Part shown: positions 38,886-50,525 of the stretch, piece by piece
Numbering within the stretch: position 1 is the stretch's first letter
Layout of the letters: every line of letters begins with the position of its first letter
NCBI RefSeq assembly: GCF_006345805.1
Contig: NC_042998.1
Location: 10,540,001 to 10,604,000 of the forward strand
DNA from: Octopus sinensis
Taxonomy: Eukaryota
Direction of reading: 5' to 3'
Length of the DNA: 64,000 nt
Translations under genes and position numbers: made by a program
Notes under the pieces: generated by a model
The model's input: only the letters and a program-made list of their open reading frames with translations
Databases searched by the model: none
What the model was told of the DNA's origin: nothing

Positions 38886-39270
38886 TCTCTCTCTTTTACT
38901 CTTTTACTTGTTTCAGTCATTTGGCTGCGGCCATGCTGGAGCACCGCCTTTAATCGAGCAACTCGACCCCGGGACTTATTCTTTTGTAAGCCCAGTACTA
39001 ATTCTAGCGGTCTCTTTTGCCAAACCGCTAAGTAACGGGGACATAAACACACCAGCATTTTACTAAGGGGACAAACACAAACACACACACGCATATATAT
39101 ACATATATATGACGGGCTTCTTTCAGTTTCCGTCTACCAAATCCACTCACAAGGCTTTGGTCGGCCCGAGGCTATAGTAGAAGACACTTGCCCAAGGTGC
39201 CACGCAGTGGGACTGAACCCGGAACCATGTGGTCGGTAAACAAGCTACTTACCACACAGCCACTCCTGCG
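38886..39270 (-). mobile_element. SINE family B, full length, young
   Basis: Near-identical to 27474-27895. Confidence 0.92.
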
Positions 39271-39459
39271 CATGCTATCTTTTTCAAAATATATATCAAA
39301 AATAGAGATTCCTGGTGTTTTTTATTCATCTCTATTACATCAGATTCTCAAGTTATACAGAAAATGTAAATGATAAAGTATATTACCAGTGAAAATGCTT
39401 ACCTTATATTGACTTAGATAATTAAATCTTATGTTTTTCTTTATTATCAGGTTGTAATT

Positions 39460-41490
39460 ATGTCTAGAGGCTGCATAAATTCACCAGACATACTTTGTTA
39501 TCTGTGGCCAATTCACCCCTTCAGATTCCTGGAGCAATATTGCTCCTTTGTTGAATAGCTGCTATTTAGCTTATTTTCATTGCAAGCTGAGAGACCAGTT
39601 CAAGCCATTTGCACCTCACAAAGCTTGCAAGAGTTGCATTAGTAAGCTCCAAATGTGGTCAGTAGGAAAACTGAAATGTATGCCCTTTGGTATACTAATG
39701 GTATGGCGAGAGCTGCTGAACCACCATGATGAGTGTTACTTCTCTATGACTGAAGTAGTTGGATTCAACAAGAAGACTAAGGATTGCATAATATATCCAA
39801 ATATTCTGTCAGCAATAGGGTCTGTTCCACAATCATAATATTCCTATACCTGTGCCACCTGTAACATGAGAAAATTTATCAGAGTTTGATTCTAGTGATG
39901 AGATAAAAGACTTTGAATCACCAACAAATGAGAATCCCAAACTCTTCAAACAAGTTGAGCTCAATGACTTGGTGAGGGACCTTAACCTTTCAAACCAAAG
40001 TGCACTTACTTTGCTCTAGGTTGAAGGAACACAGACTTCTAGCTCCTGGAACATTTGCTTGGTACCATCATTGTGAAGTGGAATTCACACAGTTCTTGGA
40101 GAAACAGGATTCTTTAGTTTTCTGTTCAAATACCTCTGGTCTTATTGAACATGTGGGGATGACAAACAAAGCAGATAAATGGAGGCTCTTTGTTGATTCT
40201 TCTAACAGAGGTTTAAAGGCTGTTCTTCTCTACAATGGCAACACAGCTGCATCTGTGCCACTTGGCCATAGGGTCCAAATGCCAGAAACTTATGAAAATA
40301 TGAAGACACTAATAACTACCATCAAGTACCATAATCACAATTTTCTAATTTGTAGTGATTTAAAATTTATTGCTCACATAGTAGGTCTTCCAGGGAGGAC
40401 ACACCAAGTATCTTTATTTCCTTTGTCTTTGGGAGAGTAGGGCAGAAAGCCAGCACTATGAACAAAAAGACTGGCCGCCAGCCAGTTTCTTACCTGGAAA
40501 TCACAGTGAAAGCTGTGCAACAAGAAAATTCTGCTGCTACCACATCAAATTAGAGTTTATGAAAAATTTTGTGAAATCCCTGAACAAGAATGGAGCTGCT
40601 TTCAAGTACCTGGAGTTCAAGTTTTTTTGTATAAGAGAAGGCAAGCTAAAGGCAGCAATCTTCATTGGCCTTCAGATTCAGGAATTGATGAAGGACAAAT
40701 ATTTTGAGGAAGCATTAGCAGGTGTCAAGGTGAATGTCCAAAACTTCTTGGGAAACAGGAATATGAAAAAATGAATCCAAGACCTGGTTTCCAATTTCCA
40801 ACAACTTTGGTCCAAAACAAGTACCAAGATGCACATTTTGCACTCACATCTTAACTATTTTCCAAAGAATTGTGGGGACTACATTGAGGAACTAGGAGAG
40901 TAGTTCCATCATGAATAAGAATAAAGTTTAAAACATTTCCAAATGTAGACCAATGTTATATCTGTGGACTTGCCACAAGACATTCTCAGAGTGAGATAAC
41001 ATCTTTGGCATTTGCACCATGGAAACTTGATACTGGAGAAAATGGAGTGTCAGCATGAAGGTGGATTACTGCTGGGCATTGAAACATGATGGCCTGGATG
41101 CACAGCACAAGTGGAATTTAAAGTGGTCCTCCTGCCTTTGAATCAATGTATAGCCTAACCATTAGGGGTATATTTTTTTTACATTAATTTGATTTGATGT
41201 TGATGATTCATTTCATGATGAACATAATTTATATCGTGTTGAGTTGGAACACATAAGTTCTTAGAACTAACAGAATATGCTTTTCCATGATTACTGGTTT
41301 TATTTTAATAAAGTATCAATTTGTTAAAAATTCACATTTTTTTTATTATCATTAATTTGTATTTTATTGAAAATCCTTACGTGATAGAGCTAAATGACTT
41401 AGATATTTAAAATCAGCAACCCAAGAATATGTAAGATCACATCCAGGAATAAAAATAAAATCGAAAAAGGTTCCCAAATGCTGACCAGTG
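39460..41490 (+). mobile_element. Degraded DNA transposon, most likely Chapaev3 (CMC) type
   Basis: MSRGC.NSPD..CYLCG, APHKACKSC..PFGI.MVWRE..HHD.CYF, WRLFVDSS.RGLKAVLL.NG, ICSDLK, (H)I.L.FMKNFVK, HILHSHL.YFP.N, E..FH, DYCW; 3' end ..gaccagtg (CAC terminus). The family name rests on motif recall. Confidence 0.7.
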
Positions 41491-42310
41491 TTATACCTGT
41501 GGACTTGACATAAGGAATTCTCACAAAGTATGAGGTATAGCATCTTTAGCATTTGTGTGTTATATATGCACAGAGAGAAAGTAACAGAAAACTGTTTTCT
41601 TGGTGACTTTAGTGATTGTGATTATAAATTACATGTAGGTTGTTAACGTTTAGAAAAAAGTGTCAGATGTTACCAAATCTTGGAGTAAATCATTCTAACA
41701 AGAAACTTCTAGTCCAGGAATTGAAAGACAGATAAAGTGCATATACCTTCACACATGTATAAATAGAGTGTACATTTAAATGTACACTGTATTTATATGA
41801 ATACTAGCAGTATCGCCCGGCGTTGCTCGGGTTTGTAAGGGAAATAACTATATAAGCATTTTTAGAGAGTTATAGCCAAAAAATAGGAAAAAATGCATTA
41901 AAAATGGAAAAAAAATTAAGGTAAATTTCTTTTTAAATCGTTGACACATCGTAGATATTTTTAGAGAGTTACTTCCCTTATATATAGCGAAAAAAATGCA
42001 TTAAAATGGAAAAATATGATGGTAAATTTTTTTAAATCGTAGACTCATCGTAGACGCGCGCTAATACCCAGAAGGGCTCGATATGACTCACGACTATAAG
42101 ATACCCGGTTTTGGTTACACTGCACCGCAAAATGTGGGAGTAGTTAGGAATCTAAATCGTAGGAGACAGACACACAACTTCACTCTTATATATAAAGATA
42201 TAAGCCACGTAGTTATATACACATACTTTGTTATATACGCATTCTTAAAAGAAAATGTTATTTTGAATACAACATTTATAAAGAATAAAATATTTTTTGG
42301 TTTTTCTTAA

Positions 42311-43440
42311 CCCTTTCGTTACTATATTTCTGACCAAAATACACCCCTTATGTGTTTCAATTAATTTCTAACGTAATCATAAATTTAGTCTGGTTTCATT
42401 AAACAACTATAACTTTTTTATTTATCAATATATTAATGTGAGTTTTGGAAGATAATTTAATGAAATGTCCTCAACCAATTCTATACTATAATTTTTGTCA
42501 CAAAGTGACTCTAATTGGAGGTAGATACAGGTAAATTCAACAATATATAAAATTATTAAAATTTTGTTCAAACATCGCTATAGAAAATGGGTTATTAGCT
42601 AATATTCAATTGGGTATACAACAAAATTTTATGATAGAATTTGTTATTCTGGGTAACTTTCTGTAAAATTATAAAAATTTTGTTCAAACATCGCTATAGA
42701 AAATGGGTTATTAGCTAATATTCAATTGGGTATAAAACAAAATTTTACAATAGAATTTGTTATTCTGGGTAACTTTCTGTAAAATTATTAAAATTTTGTT
42801 CAAACATCGCTATAGAAAATGGGTTATTAGCTAATATTCAATTGGGTATACAACAAAATTTTACGATAGAATTGTTATTCTGGGTAACTTTCTGTAAAAT
42901 TATTAAAATTTTGTTCAAACATCGCTATAGAAAATGGGTTATTAGCTAATATTCAATTGGGTATACAACAAAATTTTACGATAGAATTTGTTATTCTGGG
43001 TAACTTTCTGATACCCATAATAATATTTATGGCAAAATAGGCCTTAATTTCATTTAAGGTTGTGGGAAATAACAAAGTATCCTTTCTTTCGTTTTGTTTA
43101 CGTTTAGCGTAACGTTTCGTTTCTGCCGTAATGATTTTAAATAGGCTCATTCGAAAAAGTAAATAGAAATAGTCTAAGGCTTTACTCTTCTGGGAAAGTC
43201 TGTGGCTTGGTGCAGTTTCTTCAGAAAAATCACCGAAAGAAACAGTTTTTAAATTTTCACTCCATTCAGGTACCAATTCGTTTTCTTTATCGCTGTCGGA
43301 TTCACTGTTTTCACTTTAATAGCTGCAAACTTGCAAAGACAAAGGAGAAGGGTGATAGCGTCAGTGAAACAATTCGCTCCCTTTGTGTGTGTGCGTTTGC
43401 GTGTGGTGTAAACCACATTAAGAAAAACATTTGACATACA
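42311..43440 (-). mobile_element. piggyBac relic (one terminus plus N-terminal transposase fragment)
   Basis: TTAA|CCCTTT terminus; ORF 42953-43276 acidic N-terminus then ALDYFYLLF..IITAETKRYA..PTTLNEIKAYFAINIIMGIRKLP. Confidence 0.8.
42551..43009. repeat. Tandem repeat, ~116-bp unit x4, near-identical
   Basis: Unit starts at 42551, 42667, 42783 and 42898. Confidence 0.95.
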
Positions 43441-44175
43441 CACCAGAATGTGAGTTTTCTGTAAATTTTGCTTAATTGGAGTTTAAATTTTAAAAACTGG
43501 ACCTGGCATGACCCGATGCATTCTACTCTTAAAAATGCTAGGTAAATTGTAATTGAAGAAATCCTATATTGTAGATTTCTATAACTTACAAAGGGAGGCA
43601 GATAAAATCTGCCTTTTATAATAAGAGATATAGTCTATCGACTAATTTTTCTACATGCTAGGCCACTAGTAGTAAAAATTTCTAAAATTTTTCTTACCCT
43701 GATATTATTTATTATTGATGATGTTTTTTGGCAAATTTTCAAAGTAATGCTGGCATTATTTTATTTGCTGCCAACAAAGGATTGCACTAGTTTGGTGGAT
43801 TTGAAAAATTATAATATATAAGCATGGGACACATACTAGGTTGCCTCATATTTATATGTTTAATCTAGGTGTACCTGTTGATAAAGACTTCGCCTAGCAA
43901 ATTATTTTATTTACTAATTTATAGTCAGAAACCATGGTCCAGGAGATAGATGGTAAATGTTTTTATTTTTCATTCCCTTCGAAATTTATCCCTAATAGTG
44001 GTTTGGATTTTGGCTATTCCTTCTAGTGTGCCAGGTGTCCTACAATGGATACCTCTTATGTGTTTAAATGTACACTGTATTTATATGAATAATATATAGT
44101 CTATTGACTAATTTTTCTACATGCTAGGCCACTGGTAGTGAAAATTTCTAAAATTTTTCTTACCCTGATATTATT

Positions 44176-46900
44176 AATAGGAAAATACAAGGTTTAGAAG
44201 ATAATATTTGGAAAGTAGTGAAAAATATTAAATTTCATATATACCCAAATAGGCACAATGAATATTTAAGAAATCTAGCTATAAAAATAAAAGAAACGAG
44301 AAGTATGGACGGAATTATAGATAAAACTAGGAACCTGGATGTTAAATTATATGATAATTTATTGGAAAAATAAATAAATAAAAAATATAAGATTATTCCT
44401 GAAAATACTCTTAATATAAATAAAGCCTCTAAATTAATTATGATGAAATATGAGTTAGACAATAAAACTGAACCATATGTACCTATGCACCCTACAATTA
44501 CTTTAAAAGACCACAAAAATAATTTTTATTCTCACCCAAAAGTTAGACTTATTTGTCCATGTAAATCAGATCTAGGTAAATTAAGTTAGATTATTTTAGA
44601 TAAATATATTAATAGATTAAATTAACTTAATTATCTTAAACTTTGGAATAGTACAAATGTTACTTTAAAATGGTTTAATAATACTAAAGATAAAAATAGA
44701 TATAAATTCATTCAAATAGATATAGATAATTATTTTTCTTCTATTAATGAGACTGTACTAAATAAGACTCTAATTTATGCAATAAATAAGGTTAGAATGA
44801 CATGATGAAGTTAAGGTAGTTAAAGCAGCTAGGAAATCATTTATTAGATATAATAAATTGTGGGCTAGGAAGGATACTAGAGATTATTTTGATATACCTA
44901 TGGGGGCACCTGATTCTGCACAGGTGACTGATTTAGTAGGTATTTACTTATTATTGGAACTTCAATAAAAAAAAATTTAATTTGGAGGGTGGATTATATA
45001 GGGATGACCGTTTATTTTAAAACTAAGAATTGCACCAATAGAACACTAGAAATATATAAGAAGAAAATATATAGTTTTTTTTAAAGATATGGATTAGGTA
45101 TTACTATAAATAAAGAGACCTATAATGTTAATTATTTAGATGCTAACTTTAATTTAATAACAGGTAAAACCCAACCATTCCATAAAATTAATGAAAACCT
45201 TAGATATGTAAATGCTAATAGTAATCACCCAACCTCAATTAAAAAATTGTTGATAGATAATATAGGAAAAAGAATTTTGGCACTTTCTTCTAATTTTGAG
45301 ATTTTCCAAAAACATGCACCTTATTATAATGAAGCCTTGAGGGAGGCGAGATATAATAAACATATTAAATTCTTTAATAATTGTAGATTTAATAATAATA
45401 TAAAAAATAATAATATGATTCTTATCTTATTTATAATAAGAAACCTAATACTAAGAACTATTATAAGTTATGTTCAGTTAATTATGGTTTTAATAATAGG
45501 TATTATGATAATACAATAAGTAAATATAATAAAAGAGTAAAATATAAGAATAAATTTAATGTGGTTAATGATAAGCAATATAATAATATAATAAATAAAA
45601 GTAATGTTAACAATAAGAATAAAAATTTGGTTAATTATTCCTTATGGGGCTCAAGTTAAAACAAACATTATTAAAGAGATATTAAAATTAATTGAATTAT
45701 TCATTGTAGATAATAAAAAATTTTTTTTTTCTAGTAATAATTTTGGAGTTGTTTATTCTACTACTAATAATGTTGGTAACATTATTTCATCTTTTAATAG
45801 TTTTAAGCTGAATAAATTTTATATTAAAAAATTATATAATTTCAATAATACTAATGACTAGAATTTAATTAATTGTACGTGTAGAGATAAGATGAAATGT
45901 AAATTTAAAAATAAATGTAATTTGGCTGATGTAGTATATAAATGTGTAGTGACTCTGATAAATGATAATATTAATAAGAATAGTTATAATATAAATGCGA
46001 TTTACATGGGATTGACGTCTAATAAAATTAGATTAAGGGTGGCCCAACACAAGCACTTATTTAAGAATAAATCAATGATTAATCTACTGGCCTTAGTAAA
46101 TATATATGGGAATTAAAATCTAAAGGAATTAAGTATAACTTAAAATGGGAGATAGTTTTTAATGCTAAATCTTAGCATTAAATCTAAAAAACAACTGATT
46201 AATTCCCAGGATGAGAGAAAAATTAAATGTAGACATTGGTCGAATTACTTATATAATAAGTCTAGATAATTTGTGAATATGTAAACTGATTCATGTTATT
46301 AATTTATGTAGTTTATAATGAGTATTAATTAGTTTTAGGTTATGTAGTGTATGAACATAACTTGAATAAGTTTAAACCAATGGATTAATAAAAGTAATTG
46401 AAGAATATATATTAATTTATGGAATTTAATTAATTCTATAATTTTGCATATAATGTCGTAGTTTTAAATTATTGAGAATTTAGAATTTCCACCCGTAAAT
46501 GGTATATTATATCACATTGTTTTGATTATTTAAATTTTTATCGTTAAATACATATATCTATTTATTTATTTATTGTATATTTATTGTTTGTGTCATGTTT
46601 TACTAAATAGGTTTTTTATAATGTTAGATTAAAGTTTAAAATTTCTTTTAACTGGTTTTCAATAATAAGATGTCTTGTTTTTGCTTTACATTAATATTGT
46701 TAAATTTTATTGAATTTTTTACTTTTAATGTACATATATTAATATATTTATTGTTTTATTATAATATCTAAATTCATTTATGTTATTTTTTTGACCTGAA
46801 GAGTCACTAAATATTTTAAAATTGAATTAATATTGAATTTTAAAAATTAAATTTTAATATTATCAATTTATATATTTAGTCATGAAAAATGCATAGTCAA
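44176..46900 (+). mobile_element. Extremely AT-rich Penelope-like element with RT then C-terminal GIY-YIG (Hydra-clade-like)
   Basis: TLKDHK..PKVRLICPCKSDLGK, FIQIDIDNYF, FDIPMGAPDSAQVTDLVG, GGLYRDD, CTCRDKMKC (CxCx5C), VVYKC..YMGLT; HHR at the 3' end. Confidence 0.85.
46792..46899 (+). ncRNA. Type I hammerhead motif with an elongated AT-rich stem II (third family)
   Basis: tgac-CTGAAGA-g..actaaatat...atatttagt..-GAAA-a-atgcat-a-gtca; stem I tgac/gtca, palindromic ATGCAT stem III. Confidence 0.65.
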
Positions 46901-47048
46901 TTTAATGTTTGATTTGTTATGAGATTTTAAAAATAATAATTATAAGATATTTAATTAATTTCTATGTGGTTATTATAGATAATATTGTTTCACTATTGAT
47001 GAAATTACTAAATAGCAGTTTGTCTCTAAATTCTATATATATGTATGT

Positions 47049-47084
<36 letters not shown>

Positions 47085-48519
47085 ATATACTTATATATAC
47101 ACACTCACATACATACATACATATACAGGTGTGGATAAGCACCTTGGGCAAGTATCTTCTATTATAGCCCAGGGCCAAATGAAGCCTTAATTAGATTTAG
47201 TAGATAAGCACAGAAAGAAGGCTGCTATATATACATGTGTGTGTGTGTATATGCATGTGTGTATATATATACACTCACACACATGCATATATATGTGTGT
47301 GTCTGTATGTTTATTTGTATATCTATGTGTGTGTGTGTGAGTGTGTTTATATGTGTGAGTGCTTTACTATCTCTTTGCTACAAACACTGTGCTGTTTATA
47401 GCAAAGTGGTGTTCTTTGTTTTCAATCTTTATGAAAACATGTCTGTGAAATATTGCTTTACTGGAAATAGGCAAAGATTGGCAACAGGAAGAGCATCCAG
47501 CCACGTAAAATCTGATCCATGTGAATGTAGAAAAGGCTACTATGCATTTTGCTCAATATATGCTAAGGGTTCAGCCAGCTCATCTCATTGAGAGAGAGAG
47601 AGAGAGAGGGGGAGGGAGAGAGAGAGAGATAGACACACACATCACTATCATCATTATTTCTTAATATTGACTTTTTCATGGTTGCACAGATCAGACAGAT
47701 TTTGCAGAGGCAGATTTTCTAAGGTCAGATGCCCCTCCTGTCATCAACTTGTATTTGTTTTCAAGCAACTTAATATTTTCGCATAGCTAAGGCTGGAAAC
47801 AAACAATCTTAATTGTATGGTAATGCTTATTTATGATCACCATGTGATATCTAGACAAATGTACACACACACACACATGGTTGGCTTCTTTCAAACCAAA
47901 TCATCTCACAAATCTATGGTCAGCCTAGGGCAACAGTAGGGAGACACTTGCCCAAGATGTCATGCAGTGGAATAGAAAATGGAACCATATGGTGGGGAAA
48001 CAAGCTTCTTACTACACAGCTATGCCTACACCTATTATTTTTATAGGTGATATATATATATATATATATATAAGAAATCTAATGCCTGTAGCTTAGTTTT
48101 TCTTTGGGTCTGGCTGGATCGGAGCGATATCAGGATTAATCAGCCGAAATTGCTAAGATGATCCGGTTCCCGACTGAAGATTAGAGGCTTCGAATGACCC
48201 ATCTGTTTTTTTGTGTCGTCTCTTTGTGTGTTTTTGCGTTCTTGTCCCATTTTGTAATTTATATTTAATTTCTATACATATATATATATACATATATATA
48301 CATATATCAATGAATTTCTTAACAGCATCAAAAGAATTTAACATATCATGATGTTGCAAAACAGCCATCTGCAATGTGAAGGCCAACTGTCTATAGCATG
48401 CTGTGTACCAAGAAATACATGATTTCAACATAGAAAATTAATCAAAATAAATATTTATTGATTATGTAAGTTAAAAGCATTGATTTTTCTTTTATAGCAT
48501 TACAACAGTGAACTCTAGA

Positions 48520-48980
48520 TCATTATTTACATTTGATGGATATTTGTCCTCACCTTGTTTGTTGTTAACACATTTCAGCTGATATACCCTCCGGCCTTCA
48601 TTAGGTGTCTTGGGGAAATTTTGAACCTGGGTTCTCATTCCTAAGGTATTTTTCGATGTTATTATTATTATTACTATCCTTATTATTATTATTATTATTC
48701 TCATTATTATTATTCAGGTCACTGCCTGGAATTGAACTCGGAATCTTGGGGTTAATAATAATAATAATAATGATAATAATAATAATAATAATAACATTGA
48801 AAAATACCTTAGGAATGAGAACCCAGGTTCGAAATTTCCCCAAGACACCTGATGAAGGCTGGAGGGTATATCAGCTGAAATGTTGGGTTAACAACAAACA
48901 AGATGAGGACAAATATCCGTCAAATGTAAATAATGTAAATAATGTACATAATTCCTCATCTCCTAAATACAGAACTGAGT
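48520..48980. repeat. Head-to-head inverted pair of PLE 3' modules, each with a hammerhead motif
   Basis: Minus copy 48520-48753 (core CTAATGA, damaged); plus copy ~48755-48980 (acac-CTGATGA..GAAA at 48845-48888). Confidence 0.88.
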
Positions 48981-49319
48981 GCATATCTGTATGTATGTGA
49001 CCTGGGTAATTTAATAGTTGATCTCAATGCACTCTTCAGTAAATTCATTATCATTTTATTAACCGAACCGATAACCTAGGGCAGTTAAGTCTCATCAGAT
49101 GTGTTATTTTCAGTAGAGTGTCAGCATGTATTGAAGAAAGACAGAAAGAGATACTTTTTATGTTGTTTTCATTTGTTAAGTCAAACTGAGTTGTATTAAA
49201 AAGGTGAGTAATAGACATGTTAAAGTAATTCACAAAATACGAGTATTCATTGTAATAAATATGATTGAGAGTCAAAACAATGTAAAAAGAATTTAATTTT
49301 TTTCAAAAATAGAATGCAT

Positions 49320-49735
49320 GCATACAGTGTGATAAGAAGCTTGCTTCCCAACCAAATGGTTCTGGGTTCAGTCCCACTGGTCCATTGGGCATGTGTTTTC
49401 TACTATAGCTTCAGGCTGACCAAAGCCTTGTGAGTAGATTTGGTAGACGGAAACTGAAAGAAGCCCATTGCATATATGTATACATATATATTAATGTGTG
49501 TGTGTGTGTATGTCTCTGTGTCTGTGTTTGTCCCCCACCACTACTTGACAACCGTTGCTGGTGTGTTTACATTCCAGCAGTTTAATGTTTTGGCAAAGGA
49601 GAACGGCTGAATAAATACCAGACTTAAAAAATTTAAGTACGGGGGTTGATTTGTTCAATTAAAAATTCTTGAAGGTGGAGCCCCAGCATGGCCACAGTCT
49701 AATGACTGAAACAGGTAAAAGGTAAAAGATAAAAG
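49320..49735 (+). mobile_element. SINE family B
   Basis: Head, body and cagtc/gactg tail stem-loop. Confidence 0.88.
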
Positions 49736-49844
49736 AACAGTTTTAAAATATTTCATCTTTTCTGTAACATTTCTCATGTTATCCTGCCTCAACAAAGTAG
49801 TTAAACTGAAGGAGCTAATAGTATAGTTGTATTTAGTAATTAGT

Positions 49845-49942
49845 TAGTTAGTTAGTTAATTTTTGGCTCAAAAAGCAAAAAGCAAGGCTATGTAGGGGGA
49901 GCAAGGCCATGCAGGGGGAGCAAGGCCATGTAGGGGGACAGA
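49845..49942 (-). mobile_element. 3' tail of the CR1 family seen at 57795-58417, with a triplicated 19-mer
   Basis: (tagt)n-aattttggctcaaaa..gcaaggc(c/t)atg(t/c)aggggga x3, reverse complement of 58350-58417. Confidence 0.8.
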
Positions 49943-50525
49943 TAGGTGAAAAAGAAATACAGTTTATATGGACTGCGTAGTTACATTATTTTGAAACAGT
50001 AAATATCTTCATGATAACAGTTAAACGAGAAACGAGATAGAATAAAGTTTTATGTATTATAAAGGTGAAGCAGAAAGGCTGAGAGGTTAAGATGCTGGTC
50101 TACTGAGTATACGATGCATAAGTTCAAATAGAGTATAACCCGTTGTAGTGTACCTCAGAGAAAGAACAGTACTCAATTTGATTAGTTCCGTTCTATTCAT
50201 ATTTCATGTGAGTGAACATTAGGAATGGCATTCAGTAGTAAAAGCCTTTAAAAATTGTTCCAACAATACGTATATTTTTTATTAAATTTAGTAAAAAAAT
50301 AAATAAATCTTTAGTTTGACAAAATGGTATGAAAGCAGCATTTTAAATACAGAATGCTACAATAGTAGCAGTAACAGAAATGAAAGCAGGACCGAATTAA
50401 AGGCAAAATAAAAAAGACCGATTTAAAGATGTAACCCCCCCCACACACACCACCACCACCTTTCATATGCAGTTTGAAATATGACAAGCTAAAGGGAAAT
50501 AAATAATAATTGAAGAATAACTTAA

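Larger units (their letters stand above)
41804..43628 (-). mobile_element. Composite Helitron: outer 5' end (TCtcttattataaaag), captured piggyBac fragment, and short Helitron unit 41804-42198 supplying the hairpin-CTAG 3' end
   Basis: Flanks ..tatgaata| and |tatagtct.. are contiguous in the paralogous sequence at 44063-44175. Confidence 0.75.

Noticed and set aside
42551-43009. Regular ~116-bp repeats as a possible CRISPR-like array
   Set aside because: Units are near-identical end to end with no unique spacers; a subterminal tandem repeat of a piggyBac relic in eukaryotic DNA.
44176-44820. In-frame TAA/TAG in the AT-rich PLE suggesting a ciliate-type or recoded genetic code
   Set aside because: Each stop is one substitution from a Lys or Glu codon expected at that position and frameshifts also occur, so ordinary decay explains it.
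48100-48200. Hammerhead-like strings (ggctgg..cagccgaaa; ctgaaga..cgaa)
   Set aside because: One lacks the CUGANGA half and the other lacks GAAA and a convincing stem I; at most a truncated PLE tail.
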